A DNA stretch of 64,000 nucleotides, from NCBI GenBank assembly GCA_964016885.1, contig OZ024759.1:20212001-20276000 (forward strand), given 5' to 3'. Source of the stretch: Eledone cirrhosa (taxonomy: Eukaryota). This document shows positions 1 to 13,371 of the stretch, piece by piece. Under the pieces are notes generated by a model. That model saw only the letters and a program-made list of their open reading frames with translations. It did not search any database and was not told where the DNA came from. Numbering within the stretch: position 1 is the first letter of the stretch; each line of letters opens with the position of its first letter. Both the position numbers and the translations under genes were made by a program.

Positions 1-40
1 GTAACCTACATAGAGCACTCTTTTTTCCTGGAATTCATTT

Positions 41-81
<41 letters not shown>

Positions 82-100
82 CATAAGGAAACAACACATC

Positions 101-410
101 TCAGACCGGGTGATGTGTTGTTTCCTTGAGCAAGACACTTTATTTCACATTGCTCCAGTTTACTCAGCTGTAGAAATGAGATGATAGGGACTGGGGTCCC
201 TATTGAGATGATAGGGACTGGGGTCCCTATCATTCCACTGCAAAGTGGTCGTGGAGGTGCCATGGCAAAAAAGCACCCAGCACTCACTGTAAATGAGGTT
301 GGTGTTAGGAAGGGCATCCAGCTGTAGAAATCAGGCCAGAATCAGTTCCCGTCCCACCCTTGCAAGCAGGGAAAAGCGGACGTAAAATGAAATGATGATG
401 ATGATGATGA
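101..410 (+). mobile_element. 5'-truncated CORE-type SINE with RTE-derived tail
   Basis: CCTTGAGCAAGACACTT...CAGTTTACTCAGCTGTAGAAATGAG resembles the MIR CORE domain; (GAT)n tail; near-identical to 58003-58276. Confidence 0.8.
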
Positions 411-1089
411 TATATACCTTTCCAACGGAATTACTTCATTTACACACACATATATATACATATACAAAGTGTTAAAACGATCAAATTCTAGTTTAGAACA
501 TTTATTTGCTGACAATTGTTTATAGGTGTATTAAACATATATAAATATAAATATCCTTATTACTATATATGGCCATTTATACTCTAGTTCAAATCCTGCC
601 GAGGTTAAGCTTTGCCTTTCATCCTTACGGGGTCGATAAAATAAAGTTCCAGTAATGCACTGGGGTAATTGCTGGCCTTGTGCCAAAAGTAGAAACAGTT
701 ATTATTATTGAGGACAGTAGATTATTGAGATCAGTAGAGCGTCAGACAAAATGCTAAGCAGTATTAGTGGTGTTGTTGGTGTTGTTGTTGGTGTTGGTGG
801 TGTTGGTGGTGGTGATGTTGGTGGTGGTGTTGGTGGTGGTGTTGGTGTTGGTGGTGTTGGTGTTAAGACCTATGTTTTGATTTCAAATCCCACTGAGATC
901 AACTTTGCCTTTCATCCCTATGGGGTCGATAACATAAAGTACCAGTAATGCACTGGGGTCAATTTAATCAACTTTCCCCCCGTCCCCACCAAAAATATTG
1001 TTGACATTATGTCTAAATAAGGAACCATCATCCATCATCCATCATCATCATCATCTTACCCCCATCTCTTACTCTCTCTCTCTCTACAG

Positions 1090-1279
1090 CCCTCACCTAT
1101 ATAGGTGTCTGGAATGACTCAGTAAAAGCCTGTCTCTCATTAGCAAGACATGATACCAGCCACCACGCAGTCAGGATTGAAGCCTGCCACAGTCTAGCAT
1201 CATTCAGTGAGAAGGTTCCAGAAGCTGCCAAACTTCTCCAAGAACAGCTCCTCTCAGAGACTGATCCAGTGATCCAAAG
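1090..1279 (+). CDS. HEATR4: Internal coding exon of a HEAT-repeat protein (HEATR4-like)
   Basis: Polypyrimidine tract plus CAG acceptor ends at 1089; donor AAG|GTGAGT at 1280. Open frame (A)LTYIGVWNDSVKACLSLARHDTSHHAVRIEACHSLASFSEKVPEAAKLLQEQLLSETDPVIQ(R) has HEAT/PBS-lyase periodicity. From memory it resembles the HEATR4 segment AL..IG...VRLEAC.S...LL.E. Orthology is unverified. Confidence 0.65.
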
Positions 1280-1312
1280 GTGAGTGTTTTCATATTGCTT
1301 ATGTTGGTCCAT

Positions 1313-2548
1313 ATTATTGGTGGTGGCGGTGGTGGTGGTGGCGGTGTTATTGGTAGTATTGGTGTTGTTGTTGTTGTTGTTGGTCGTATTTTTGGTAGTG
1401 TTGATGTTGTTGGTGGTGTTGGTGGTGTTGTTGGTGGTGTTGGTGTGGTTGGTGGTGTTACTGTGGTTGGTGTGGTTGGTGATGTTGTTGGTGGTGTTGT
1501 TGTTGGTGTTGGTGGTGTTGGTGGTGTTGTTGGTGGTGTTACTGTGGTTGGTGGTGTGCTGTGGTTGGTGGTGTTGGTGGTGTTGTTGGTGGTGTTGTTG
1601 GTGTGGTTGGTGGTGTTACTGTGGTTGGTGTGGTTGGTGATGTTGTTGGTGGTGTTGTTGGTGGTGTTGGTGGTGTTGGTGGTGTGGTTAGTGGTGTTAC
1701 TGTGGTTGGTGGTGTTGCTGGTGTTGTTGGTGGTGTTACTGTGGTTGGTGGTGTGCTGTGGTTGGTGGTGTTGGTGGTGTTGTTGGTGGTGTTGTTGGTG
1801 TGGTTGGTGGTGTTACTGTGGTTGGTGGTGGTGCCGTGGTGTGGTTGGTGGTGTTATTGGTGTGGTTGGTGGTGTTGTTGGTGTTGTTGGTGGTGTTACT
1901 GTGGTTGGTGGTGTGCTGTGGTTGGTGGTGTTACTGTGGTTGGTGGTGTGCTGTGGTTGGTGGTGTTGGTGGTGTTGTTGGTGGTGTTGTTGGTGTGGTT
2001 GGTGGTGTTACTGTGGTTGGTGGTGGTGCCGTGGTGTGGTTGGTGGTGTTGTTGGTGTGGTTGGTGGTGTTGTTGGTGTTGTTGGTGGTGTTACTGTGGT
2101 TGGTGGTGTGCTGTGGTTGGTGGTGTTACTGTGGTTGGTGGTGTGCTGTGGTTGGTGGTGTTGGTGGTGTTGTTGGTGGTGTTGTTGGTGTGGTTGGTGG
2201 TGTTACTGTGGTTGGTGGTGTGCTGTGGTTGGTGGTGTTACTGTGGTTGGTGGTGTGCTGTGGTTGGTGGTGTGCTGTGGTTGGTGGTGTGCTGTGGTTG
2301 GTGGTGTTGGTGGTGTTGTTGGTGGTGTTGTTGGTGTGGTTGGTGGTGTTACTGTGGTTGGTGGTGTGCTGTGGTTGGTGGTGTGCTGTGGTTGGTGGTG
2401 TGCTGTGGTTGGTGGTGTTGGTGGTGTTGTTGGTGGTGCTGTTGGTGTGGTTGGTGGTGTTACTGTGGTTGGTGGTGTGCTGTGGTGTGGTTGGTGGTGT
2501 TGGTGGTGCTGTGGTGTGGTTAGTATTGTTGCTGTTGTTGTTGTTGTT
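1313..2548. repeat. (GGT/GTT)n compound microsatellite with higher-order units
   Basis: Direct reading of the sequence. Confidence 0.95.
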
Positions 2549-3141
2549 TTACAGGACTGTGTAGATTGGTCAATGTTAGGAAGGGCATCCAGTGATAGTG
2601 AGATAACTGTGGTTCTCTGACCCCATCTAGGCAGGGAGGAGGACGGTATCCCTGAATAAGAATTGACATGGACACTAAAAAGCAATGAAACTCATGCCAG
2701 TGCAGAAAGTAGACACAGAATCATGTTGATGATGGTGATGATTCCTATAGTTGATATTTGAATTCTTTTCTTTGAAATAAAATGTCTGGAAGCCATAAAA
2801 AATATATCTGTTATTTGTTAGCATCATTTTTAGATGTCTAGGAAATTAATGTATTAGAGAAATGTATATATAAAATGATATATATACATCTTGCCTTCAT
2901 CAACATGTAATAAAGTAAATACTATGACAGCACTACTGTTTTTATTTTATTTTATATTATATAAACCAACATTGACAAACGTTTTAACCCTTATAGAAAA
3001 TGAAAGTATTGGAGAAATTTATATATAAAATTATATTTATACAGCTTGCCTTCATCGCATGTGAGAAAGTGAAGAATATGAGAGAACTGGTGTTTTTATT
3101 TTATGTTATATAAACCAGCATTGTAAAAAATGGTAGAATTG

Positions 3142-3170
<29 letters not shown>

Positions 3171-3172
<2 letters not shown>

Positions 3173-3452
3173 AAGCACATGGCCCAGTGGTAAGGGTGTT
3201 GGACTTACGATCATAATGTCCTAGGTTCGATTCCTGGGTTGCGTGTTGTGTTCTTGAGCAAAACACTTAATTTCATGTTGCTCCAGTATACTCGGCTGAA
3301 AATGAGTACCAGAAATAGCTGGGGGTTTAACCCTGTGATGGACTGTTGTCCTGTCCAGGGCGGAGTCTTGTACTCTGTTGCTTCACGCCATGAAACCAGG
3401 ATAAGCACCGGCTAAATGAGCCATCTGACTTAAGACTGACTTTAGACTTTAG
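3171..3452 (+). mobile_element. CORE-type tRNA SINE with an alternative tail
   Basis: A box TGGCCCAGTGG, B box GGTTCGATTCC, CORE-like domain, ends in (GACTTTA)n. Confidence 0.75.
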
Positions 3453-3512
3453 ATATATATATATATATATACGATATTAAATAAATGGAAACTATATTTA
3501 TAAAACCATATT

Positions 3513-3577
3513 TATTTCATTATACATATTTCAGGGATACCAAATTAAAATATGGTATGCCTTCATCAGACAAAATA
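3513..3577 (-). ncRNA. Type I hammerhead ribozyme motif (family A, mirror copy)
   Basis: Exact reverse complement of 3633-3697 inside a 120-bp perfect inverted repeat. Confidence 0.8.
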
Positions 3578-3632
3578 CAATATATATCTAATAGGGTATG
3601 TCAAAATTATTTATAAAACTGTTTATATATTG

Positions 3633-3697
3633 TATTTTGTCTGATGAAGGCATACCATATTTTAATTTGGTATCCCTGAAATATGTATAATGAAATA
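3633..3697 (+). ncRNA. Type I hammerhead ribozyme motif (family A)
   Basis: Stem I TATTTTGT/ATGAAATA; core CTGATGA 3641-3647; stem II AGG-C-ATACCA/TGGTAT-C-CCT; GAAA 3678-3681; near-palindromic stem III A-TATGTA-T; predicted cleavage after A3689. Confidence 0.8.
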
Positions 3698-3825
3698 AAT
3701 ATGGTTTTATAAATATAGTTTCCATTTATTTAATATCGTATATCTACTCCAAAAACTTGTCGAGTGCTTTATATCAGTTATAAAATATTTACTTGTTGTA
3801 TCCCAACAATTTTAAATAGAACTTT

Positions 3826-3870
<45 letters not shown>

Positions 3871-3984
3871 ATACTTGGGGAGGGTCATATTTGTGTAATA
3901 TTGCCAGAATTAATAACAGAACACACTCACTGTTTGGTTGGTTTTCGCTTCTCGCTTCTGTGTCTCGCAAAACTAATTCATCGC

Positions 3985-4027
<43 letters not shown>

Positions 4028-4327
4028 CCAAGTAATCCCAGTGGAAGGAAGATGCAGTAGAGGAATACTATAAAAATCATGAGTGGAGATGGTGAAAGCT
4101 GACCTCAGATCGCTGAAGCTCACAGAGGAGATAACGAAGGACCATGACAAATGAGAGCCTGTGCTGAAAAGAACTCATCCCACCCTTTCAAGCAGGGAAA
4201 AGCAGATGTAAAATGATGATGATGATGATTATATATATATCGAAAAGGCAATCAGAAGCAACACAGAAAGCAACACTTTACAATGAAGAAATATATTAGT
4301 TTAATGTTTGATATAGTAGGGAAAGAG

Positions 4328-4363
4328 TCTTTATGTTTTGGACAATAGTCCTTCATCAGAAGA
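4328..4363 (-). ncRNA. Decayed minimal hammerhead (family B)
   Basis: Minus read TCTT CTGATGA A GGAC TATT GTCC AAAA CA TA AAGA; core G12 changed to A. Confidence 0.6.
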
Positions 4364-4597
4364 TAGAATGAGAAATAGAAGATAGAGAGTAAGAAAAGGA
4401 AGGAATAGCAAACATATTTTTGAGAAAATACACATGTATAGTCAGTCCACCAACAGCTTGCCTTCATCAACAACTGATAAAGTGAATAATATGAGAGCAA
4501 TACTGCTTTTTTGGTCTTAGATCAACCGGCATTGCCAAATGTTAAAAACCATTGTTAAAAAAATGGAAGAACTAAAGAAATTAATAGAAGATTTTTA

Positions 4598-4802
4598 AAA
4601 GCCACACTCTCTATCTTCAATTTGGTATTTGTACCTACTCTTACCTATGGTCATAAATCTTGGGTAATGACTGAAAGAATACGATTGCGAATACAAGAGG
4701 CCGAAGAAATTGGGTTTCTCCAAAGGGTCTCGGGACTACCATTACTCAATAGAGTTCCTTAGCTTGGAGATCAGAGAGTTGTTCCAAATAGAGCTGCTAT
4801 TA
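4598..4802 (+). mobile_element. RTE-clade LINE (Rex3/Expander-like) ORF fragment
   Basis: KATLSIFNLVFVPTLTYGHKSWVMTERIRLRIQEAEEIGFLQRVSGL then a frameshift to SLEIRELFQIELLL; typical post-RT region of RTE elements. Confidence 0.75.
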
Positions 4803-5151
4803 ATTTGATCAAAACCAGCTTTGCTTCTATCAAACAAATCGATCCATTTTAAAGGGCTCCCATTTAAATTAGAATATTCCAACATGGATTTCTATATGAA
4901 CCATATGTTAAATTACTACTTAATAATTAAATAATTATTAAGTTTAGTAAATCCTTCAAAATTTATCAGTAATTAATTGAAATAGAGTGTATTTAATTAG
5001 AAATATGGTTACAAATGGATTAATAATATAATAATTAATAATTTTAATAATAATTTTTTCCAAATTCTTCATTAATTTAAATGCAGAGTGTATGTAATTA
5101 ATTTAAATACAGAGTATGTAAGCCAAATTGGCAGGCTTTGAAGCATTGAGA

Positions 5152-5221
<70 letters not shown>

Positions 5222-5602
5222 ATATATACATATATATATATAATATGAATATATATATATATATATATAATATGTATATATAATATATATATAATATATA
5301 TAAATATATATATATATATATAATATATATATATATAATATATATATAATATATATAAATATATATATATATAATATATATTATATATATAGAATATATA
5401 TATATATAATATATATAATATATATATATAGAATATATATATATATATATATAATATATATAATATATATATATAGAATATATATATATATATATAGAAT
5501 ATATATATATATAATGCCTCAAGTGGGAAAACTCCCGTCCAAACCCATGCAAGCATGGAACACGGACGTTAAACGATGATGATGATGTTGATGATGATGA
5601 TG

Positions 5603-5636
<34 letters not shown>

Positions 5637-6080
5637 ATATATATATATATATAATGTATATAATATATATATATATATAATATATATATGTATATAATAT
5701 ATATATGTATATAATATATATATGTATGTAATATATATATGTATATAATATATATATGTATATAATATATATATATAATATATATATATATGTATATAAT
5801 ATATATATATAATATATATATATGTATATAATATATATATATAATATATATATATATGTATATAATATATATATATAATATATATATATGTATATAATAT
5901 ATATATATAATATATATATATATGTATATAATATATATATGTATATAATATATATATGTATATAATATATATATATAATATATATATATATTATAATATA
6001 TATATATATTATATATATATGTATATAATATATATATGTATATAATATATATATATAATATATATATATTATAATATATA

Positions 6081-6125
<45 letters not shown>

Positions 6126-6393
6126 CATCATCATCATCGTTTAACTTCTATCTTCCACGCTAGCATGGGTTTAGATGGGAATTGTCCCACTTGAGGCAAG
6201 AGTGGTCGTCTCGCTCATATGGGACTGTCTGGCAGGTTTTTTATGGCTGGATGCCCTTCCTAACACCAACCACGTTTACAGTGTGGATATATATATATAT
6301 ATATATATAAAAGGTAAACAGAAATAACAACACAATCGGTACAGTATATGGAAGGGATATATTAGGTTAACGCTTGATATAGCAGGAAGAGGG

Positions 6394-6429
6394 TCTTAAC
6401 GTTTCGGACGCTAGTCCTTCGTCAGAAGA
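6394..6429 (-). ncRNA. Minimal type I hammerhead ribozyme (family B)
   Basis: Minus read TCTT CTGACGA A GGAC TAGC GTCC GAAA CG T T AAGA: 4-bp stem I, 4-bp stem II, palindromic ACGT in place of stem III. Confidence 0.75.
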
Positions 6430-6886
6430 AAGAATGAGAAATAAGATAGTTGAGGCGATGGGCGGGTTAGAATTGGAAAAAATGTCTTAAAATAGAAATA
6501 ACAGGTTCATTCATGTTGACATCTCTTGCAAAGATGATGATGAGATTTAACATTTATTTGTACAAAAAAGCAAGATAGACAGAGTTAAGTGAATACAAAC
6601 ATTTAAATTAAAAGTAAATTTAAATATGGAAAGCCAATGGGAAGCAGAATAAGTATTTAAAAAATATAGAAAAAATTGCAAACAAATGAAGCTGTAAAGC
6701 AGCTAGAAGTTTCTATAATGAAATATTTTATAAATCTATCTTCTATCTTTAGAAACATTCATCTGTATTTAGAAACTCTATTACAGACTCTTGTAATCCT
6801 TTAATTGCAATATATTTAATGATTTGGTGGACCAGGGGGAGGTTATTAAAATTGTTTAATTATATATTTTATTAAATTTAACTAAA

Positions 6887-7496
6887 CCCTTTAGCATTTA
6901 CATTACTCTATATTTACTATTATATTTTCACAGTAAAGGCTTTATCTCATACAATTATCTCACATAATATTGAATCTATGAGATTTTGATATTATTTATT
7001 TTGAGAACAATGCCTTGATATCAGTATGAATGGCCGGTTACTGCCGGTTTGAACGAGAATTCTGGCCAGTTAAGCCAGTTTAAATGCTAAAGGGTTAACC
7101 CTTTAGCATTTACATTACTCTATATTTACTTTTGTATTTTTGTGGTAAAGGCTTTATCTTACATAATTATCTCACATTATATCAAATCTATGGGCAGTGG
7201 ATTGGCAGTATCGGTAGAGGGTCGGACGCCATGCTTTGCAGCAAAGAGTTACGGCCCTTTATGATCTGAGTTCAAATCCTGCCGAGTTTAACTTTGCCTT
7301 CCATCCTTACGGGGTCGATAAAATAAAGTACCAGTAATACACTGGATAATTGCTGGCCTTGTGCCAAAAGTAGAAACAATTATATCAAATCTATGAGATT
7401 TTGATATTTATTTTGAGAACAATACCTTAACTTCAGTATGAGCAGCCAGTTACAACCAGTTTGGATAGATAGAGGTGAAAGAATTCTGGCCAGGGG
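6887..7496. mobile_element. Two tandem piggyBac-like MITEs sharing a TTAA
   Basis: CCCTTTAGCATTTA...TAAATGCTAAAGGG, TTAA at 7095-7098, then a second copy ending GGGG TTAA at 7500. Confidence 0.8.
7193..7378 (+). mobile_element. Meta-type tRNA SINE inserted in a piggyBac-like MITE
   Basis: B box GAGTTCAAATCC, Meta-like GCCTTCCATCCTTACGGGGTCGATAAAAT; 17-bp TSD ATTATATCAAATCTATG at 7176-7192 and 7379-7395. Confidence 0.85.
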
Positions 7497-7724
7497 TTAA
7501 ACTTAGAAGCTTTAACAGACAGGCGATTCTGTCGACTTTTTCTGTCCATTTTTTCAACTATTTTCAAAATCTAAAAAATAATAATGGTTTCTGATTTAGG
7601 CATTAGGCCAAACACTTTGAGGGGAGGGGAAGGTGATTAAATTGACCCCCAGTGTGATATGGTATTTTATCATCATCATCGTCATTGTCACATCATCATT
7701 TCCACTTCAACATCGTCGTAATAA

Positions 7725-8600
7725 TAATAATTGTTTCTACTTTTGGCAAACCCCAGCCAGTGCATTACTGGTACTTTATTTTATCAACCTCCATAGGGAT
7801 GAAAGGCAAAGTTAAGCTCTGCCGATTCTGCCAATCCACCGCCCTTAATAATAATAATAATAATAATAATTGCTTTTACATTTGGCACAAGGCCAGCAAT
7901 TATTCCAGTGTATTACTGGTACTTTATTTTGTCGACCCCGTAAGGATGAAAAGCAAAGTTAATCTCGGCGGGGTTTGAGGTTGACTTTGCCTTTCATCCT
8001 TACGGGGGTCGATAAAATAAAGTACCGGTAATACACTGGGATAATTGCTGGCCTTGTGCCAATAATAATAATAATAATAATTGTTTCTACTTTTGGCACA
8101 AGGCCAGCAATTATCCCAGTGCATTACTGGTACTTTATTTTATCGACCCCCATAAGGATGAAAGGCAAAGTCAACCTCGGCGGGATTTGAACTCAGATCG
8201 TAAAGGGACGTAACTCTATGCTGGAAAGCATGGCGTCCGACCCTCTACTGATACTGCCAATCCATAATATTAATAATAATAATAATAATTGTTTCTACTT
8301 TTGGCACAAGGCCAGCAATTATCCCAGTGTATTACTGGTACTTTATTTTATCGACCCCGTAAAGATGAAAGGCACAGATAACTTCGGCAGGATTTGAACT
8401 CAGCATAGCGTCAGACCCTCTACTGATACTGCCAATCCATATAATAATAGTTTCTGATTTAGGTACAAGGCCAACAATTGGGGGGGGGGGGATTAAATAG
8501 ACCTCAGTGTATTACTGGTACCTGTTTTAACAACCTGATAAGGATGAATGGCAAACCTAACCCCAGCACGATTAGAACTCAGAATGTAAAAGGCCGTTAC
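7725..8600. mobile_element. Cluster of about 6 partial or full Meta-type SINEs, mostly minus strand
   Basis: Repeated TTGTTTCTACTTTTGGCACAAGGCCAGC...GATGAAAGGCAAAG blocks separated by (AAT)n. Confidence 0.8.
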
Positions 8601-8615
8601 TATATGCAGCAAAGT

Positions 8616-8910
8616 ATGATGATGATGTCATTGGTGATGATGGTGGTGGTGGTGGTGGTGGTGGTGGTGATGATGGTGGTAGTGGTGGTGGTGGTGGTGG
8701 TGGTGATGATGGTGGTGGTGGTGGTGATGATGGTGGTGGTGATAATGGTGGTGGTGCTGATGATGATGGTGGTGGTGGTGGTGGTGGTGATGTTAGTGGT
8801 GGTTGTGATGATGATAGTGGTGATGAGGATGATGGTAATGGTGATGATGATGATGGTGGTGGTGGTGGTGGTGGTGGTGGTGGTGGTGGTGGTGGTGATG
8901 GTGGTGGTGG

Positions 8911-8962
<52 letters not shown>

Positions 8963-9144
8963 TGTGTTGATGATAGTGGTGGTTGTGTTGATGATAGTGG
9001 TGATGGTGGTGGTGGTGATGGTGGTGACGATGATGGTGGTGGTTGTGTTGATGATAGTGGTGATGAGGATGATGGTGATGGTGATGATGATGATGGTGGT
9101 GGTGGTGGTGATGATGGTGGTTGTGGTGGTGGTGGTGATGATGG

Positions 9145-9223
<79 letters not shown>

Positions 9224-9408
9224 GGTTGTGTTGATGATAGTGGTGGTTGTGTTGATGATAGTGGTGATGGTGGTGGTGGTGATGGTGGTGACGATGATGG
9301 TGGTGGTTGTGTTGATGATAGTGGTGATGAGGATGATGGTGATGGTGATGATGATGATGGTGGTGGTGGTGGTGATGATGGTGGTTGTGGTGGTGGTGGT
9401 GATGATGG

Positions 9409-9487
<79 letters not shown>

Positions 9488-9672
9488 GGTTGTGTTGATG
9501 ATAGTGGTGGTTGTGTTGATGATAGTGGTGATGGTGGTGGTGGTGATGGTGGTGACGATGATGGTGGTGGTTGTGTTGATGATAGTGGTGATGAGGATGA
9601 TGGTGATGGTGATGATGATGATGGTGGTGGTGGTGGTGATGATGGTGGTTGTGGTGGTGGTGGTGATGATGG

Positions 9673-9742
<70 letters not shown>

Positions 9743-11575
9743 GGTTGTGTTGATGATAGTGGTGGTTGTGTTGATGATAGTGGTGATGGTGGTGGTGGTG
9801 ATGGTGGTGACGATGATGGTGGTGGTTGTGTTGATGATAGTGGTGATGAGGATGATGGTGATGGTGATGATGATGATGGTGATGGTGATGATGGTGATGG
9901 TGATGGTGATGAAAGATAAGGACACTATTACTTCCTGATAATGAAGGTGATGTAGTTGCTACTGATAAGTGTGCTGATAAAGGTGTGACAATGATGATGA
10001 TGATGATGATTGATGTTGCCGGTGGTAGTGGTTGCGATAGTGGTGGTGGTGGTGGTGGTGATGGTGGTGGCAGTGATGACAAAGGTGATGGTGGGAGTTG
10101 TAGTAGTCATGGTGGTGGTGGTGGTGGTGCAGATGACAATGATTGATGTTGCCGGTGGTAGTGGTTATGGTGATGGTGTTGGTGCTGACAATAGTGGTGG
10201 TGGTGATGGTGATGGTGGTGGTGCTGACAATAGTGGTGGTGGTGGTGGTGACAATGGTGATGGTGGGAGTTGTAGTAGTCATGGTGGTGCTGACAATGGT
10301 GGTGGTGGTGGTGGTGGTTGTGCTGACAATAGTGGTAGTGGTGGTGGTGATGGTGGTGCTGACAATGGTGGTGGTGGTGGTGGTGCAGATGACAATGATT
10401 GATGTTGCCGGTGGTAGTGGTTATGGTGATGGTGTTGGTGCTGACAATAGTGGTGGTGGTGATGGTGGTGGTGCTGACAATAGTGGTGGTGGTGATGGTG
10501 GTGGTGCTGACAATAGTGGTGGTGGTGGTGGTGACAATGGTGATGGTGGGAGTTGTAGTAGTCATGGTGGTGCTGACAATGGTGGTGGTGGTGGTGGTGG
10601 TTGTGCTGACAATAGTGGTAGTGGTGGTGGTGATGGTGGTGCTGACAATGGTGGTGGTGGTGGTGGTGCAGATGACAATGATTGATGTTGCCGGTGGTAG
10701 TGGTTATGGTGATGGTGTTGGTGCTGACAATAGTGGTGGTGGTGATGGTGGTGGTGCTGACAATAGTGGTGGTGGTGGTGGTGATGGTGGTGGTGCTGAC
10801 AATAGTGGTGGTGGTGGTGGTGACAATGGTGATGGTGGGAGTTGTAGTAGTCATGGTGGTGCTGACAATGGTGGTGGTGGTGGTGGTGGTTGTGCTGACA
10901 ATAGTGGTAGTGGTGGTGGTGATGGTGGTGCTGACAATGGTGGTGGTGGTGGTGGTGCAGATGACAATGATTGATGTTGCCGGTGGTAGTGGTTATGGTG
11001 ATGGTGTTGGTGCTGACAATAGTGGTGGTGGTGATGGTGGTGGTGCTGACAATAGTGGTGGTGGTGGTGGTGATGGTGGTGGTGCTGACAATAGTGGTGG
11101 TGGTGGTGGTGACAATGGTGATGGTGGGAGTTGTAGTAGTCATGGTGGTGCTGACAATGGTGGTGGTGGTGGTGGTGGTTGTGCTGACAATAGTGGTGGT
11201 GGTGATGGTGATGGTGGTGGTGCTGACAATAGTGGTGGTGGTGGTGGTGACAATGGTGATGGTGGGAGTTGTAGTAGTCATGGTGGTGCTGACAATGGTG
11301 GTGGTGGTGGTGGTGGTGGTTGTGCTGACAATAGTGGTAGTGGTGGTGGTGATGGTGGTGCTGACAATGGTGGTGGTGGTGGTGGTGGTGCAGATGACAA
11401 TGATTGATGTTGCCGGTGGTAGTGGTTGCAATAATGGTGGCGGTGGTGGTGATGGTGGTAGTGACAACAGTGGTGGTGGTGGTGGCAGTTATAGTGATGG
11501 GGGCGGGGGTAATGATGACAATGGCAGTGATGGTGGTGGTGGGGCTGACAATGGTGGTGGTGGTGGTGGTGTGTT
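8616..11575. repeat. (GAT/GGT)n compound arrays with ~255-290 bp higher-order units
   Basis: Anchors such as GTGACGATGATG and GATTGATGTTGCCGGTGG recur at this spacing. Confidence 0.95.
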
Positions 11576-12218
11576 GATAACGATACAGCTATAATTCCAC
11601 TACTGCCTCTAGATATCTGATTCTGATGATAACCATTTGAGGTGAGGGGGTAGGGTGTGGAAGTGTGCGGGGGAGGGGATGTGACATATCTTCCTCCCAG
11701 GGGTGGGGAGGTATACATGCTAATGACAATGATGATGATAGATATGGCATACTCCCCACCCCCTCGGGGGAGGGGGGGTTCTAATGAAATGATAATGATA
11801 GGGGTGGAGAAGGAGAAGGTGAAAATTTTATGATGAGGATGATGTTGATGGTGATGATAAATGATGATGGGGGTGGTGTTGATGGCATCGATGGTAGTGA
11901 GGCGATGGTATGGTACACTACTCCAACACCCCCTCGGCGGTGGGGGTGTGTGGGTGTGGCTTGATGGTTAGGTAGTCTCAGATGTGTGACCCCAAACTGT
12001 CAACAATAGGAGGGAGTAATGGAGAGTTGTTGCATGTATAGTGTAGTGTTCGTGTGTGGGCGCTTACGAATAAGGAATAGGTGTGTGGTGGTGGTGGTGG
12101 TGGGGTTGTGAGTTAGAAAATATGAACCAGCCCCTTCTTTTCCTCACCACCACAACACACCGAAGCTGTTAAAAAGTGTGTGTGTATATATACATATATA
12201 TATATATACATATATATA

Positions 12219-12292
<74 letters not shown>

Positions 12293-12673
12293 AATATATA
12301 TATATTATATAATTTGTATTGTATTCGTCCATGGTAGTGTTTTTTATATAATATGTGTATGTATGTGTGTATATATATATATATATACATATGTATATAT
12401 ATGTATATATATATATGTGTGTGTGAGTGTGTATGAATGGAAATCTGACTGTCCTAAAGCCGAAAATTGCTGTAATAGCAGTCGATCATTATATATAATA
12501 GTTGAGAAAATTGGGTAAAATACCCCTTAAATTGGAAAAGTGGTATTCAAGAGATGGAGGCTTTGTTTTCTCTAAGGTGCTGTAGTTCATTTTTTTTTTC
12601 CATCTCATGAGTATTTTACCTGATTTTTCTCAACTATTATTTATAGTCTGGGACTATTATTACAGCCAGTTTT

Positions 12674-12862
12674 AGGGCGGTGGATTGGCAGTATCGGTAG
12701 AGAGTCAGACACCATGCTTTGAAGCATAGAGTTACGTCCCTTTATGATCTGAGTTCAAATCCCGCCGAGGTTAACTTTGCCTTTCATCCTTACGGAGGTC
12801 GATAAAATAAAGTACCTGTAATACACTGGGTAATTGCTGGCCTTGTGCCTAAAGTAGAAACA
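12674..12862 (+). mobile_element. Full-length Meta-type SINE
   Basis: 18-bp TSD ATTATTACAGCCAGTTTT at 12656-12673 and 12863-12880. Confidence 0.85.
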
Positions 12863-13026
12863 ATTATTACAGCCAGTTTTCTGAGCTGGGACACTCATAT
12901 TTTCAAATTTTAAATTCTTCCACTGCTTTGTAAGTCATAAAATTGTATTATTTCAAGTGTCAAACTAATATATTTCTTCAATGCACAATGTCTTTCCTTT
13001 TTATATACATTTATGCTTCTGTTTAC

Positions 13027-13060
<34 letters not shown>

Positions 13061-13250
13061 ACGCATAGGCAGATCTCGCTTAATACAGCCTTTACAGAAG
13101 CGTAATGCCTGCTTATAGCAGACAATAGATAGATCCAGGACCCCTTTCATGAAATACCAATATATGGAACATTACATTCATGTAACCATCTTTCTTTACT
13201 TTACTTTATATTCCTTATTCCATCTTATCTTTATCATTATCTCATTTGAA

Positions 13251-13371
13251 GTTCTGAAGAGCTGCTCCATAATATTACCTAAGTTACTTATCTTCATCTG
13301 AACCAGATCAATAATGATCTATAATCAATTGATCCAGAAACATCATATGGAGTAGCGAAACAATTGTAAAC
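13251..13371 (+). ncRNA. Type I hammerhead with extended stem II (family C)
   Basis: GTT CTGAAGA GCTGCTCCATA...TATGGAGTAGC GAAA CAATTG TA AAC: 11-bp stem II, palindromic CAATTG, GUA cleavage triplet, 3-bp stem I. Confidence 0.8.

Larger units (their letters stand above)
3467..3828. mobile_element. Penelope-like pseudo-LTR inverted duplication with 3' tail
   Basis: Arms 3467-3586 and 3624-3743 are identical; the right arm has an ~85-nt extension; (TA)n on both sides. Confidence 0.65.

Noticed and set aside
1280-2685. Long Val/Gly/Trp/Cys ORFs (up to 446 aa)
   Set aside because: They are translations of a (GGT/GTT)n microsatellite, open in several frames, and begin at an intron donor.
11622-11650. 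CTGATGA followed by a short stem
   Set aside because: No GAAA or stem III follows. CTGAAGA at 60860 and in 25140-26060 fails in the same way.
8478-11718. Poly-His, poly-Met/Val and Gly-rich ORFs
   Set aside because: Trinucleotide arrays lacking stops by composition; no splice or homology support.
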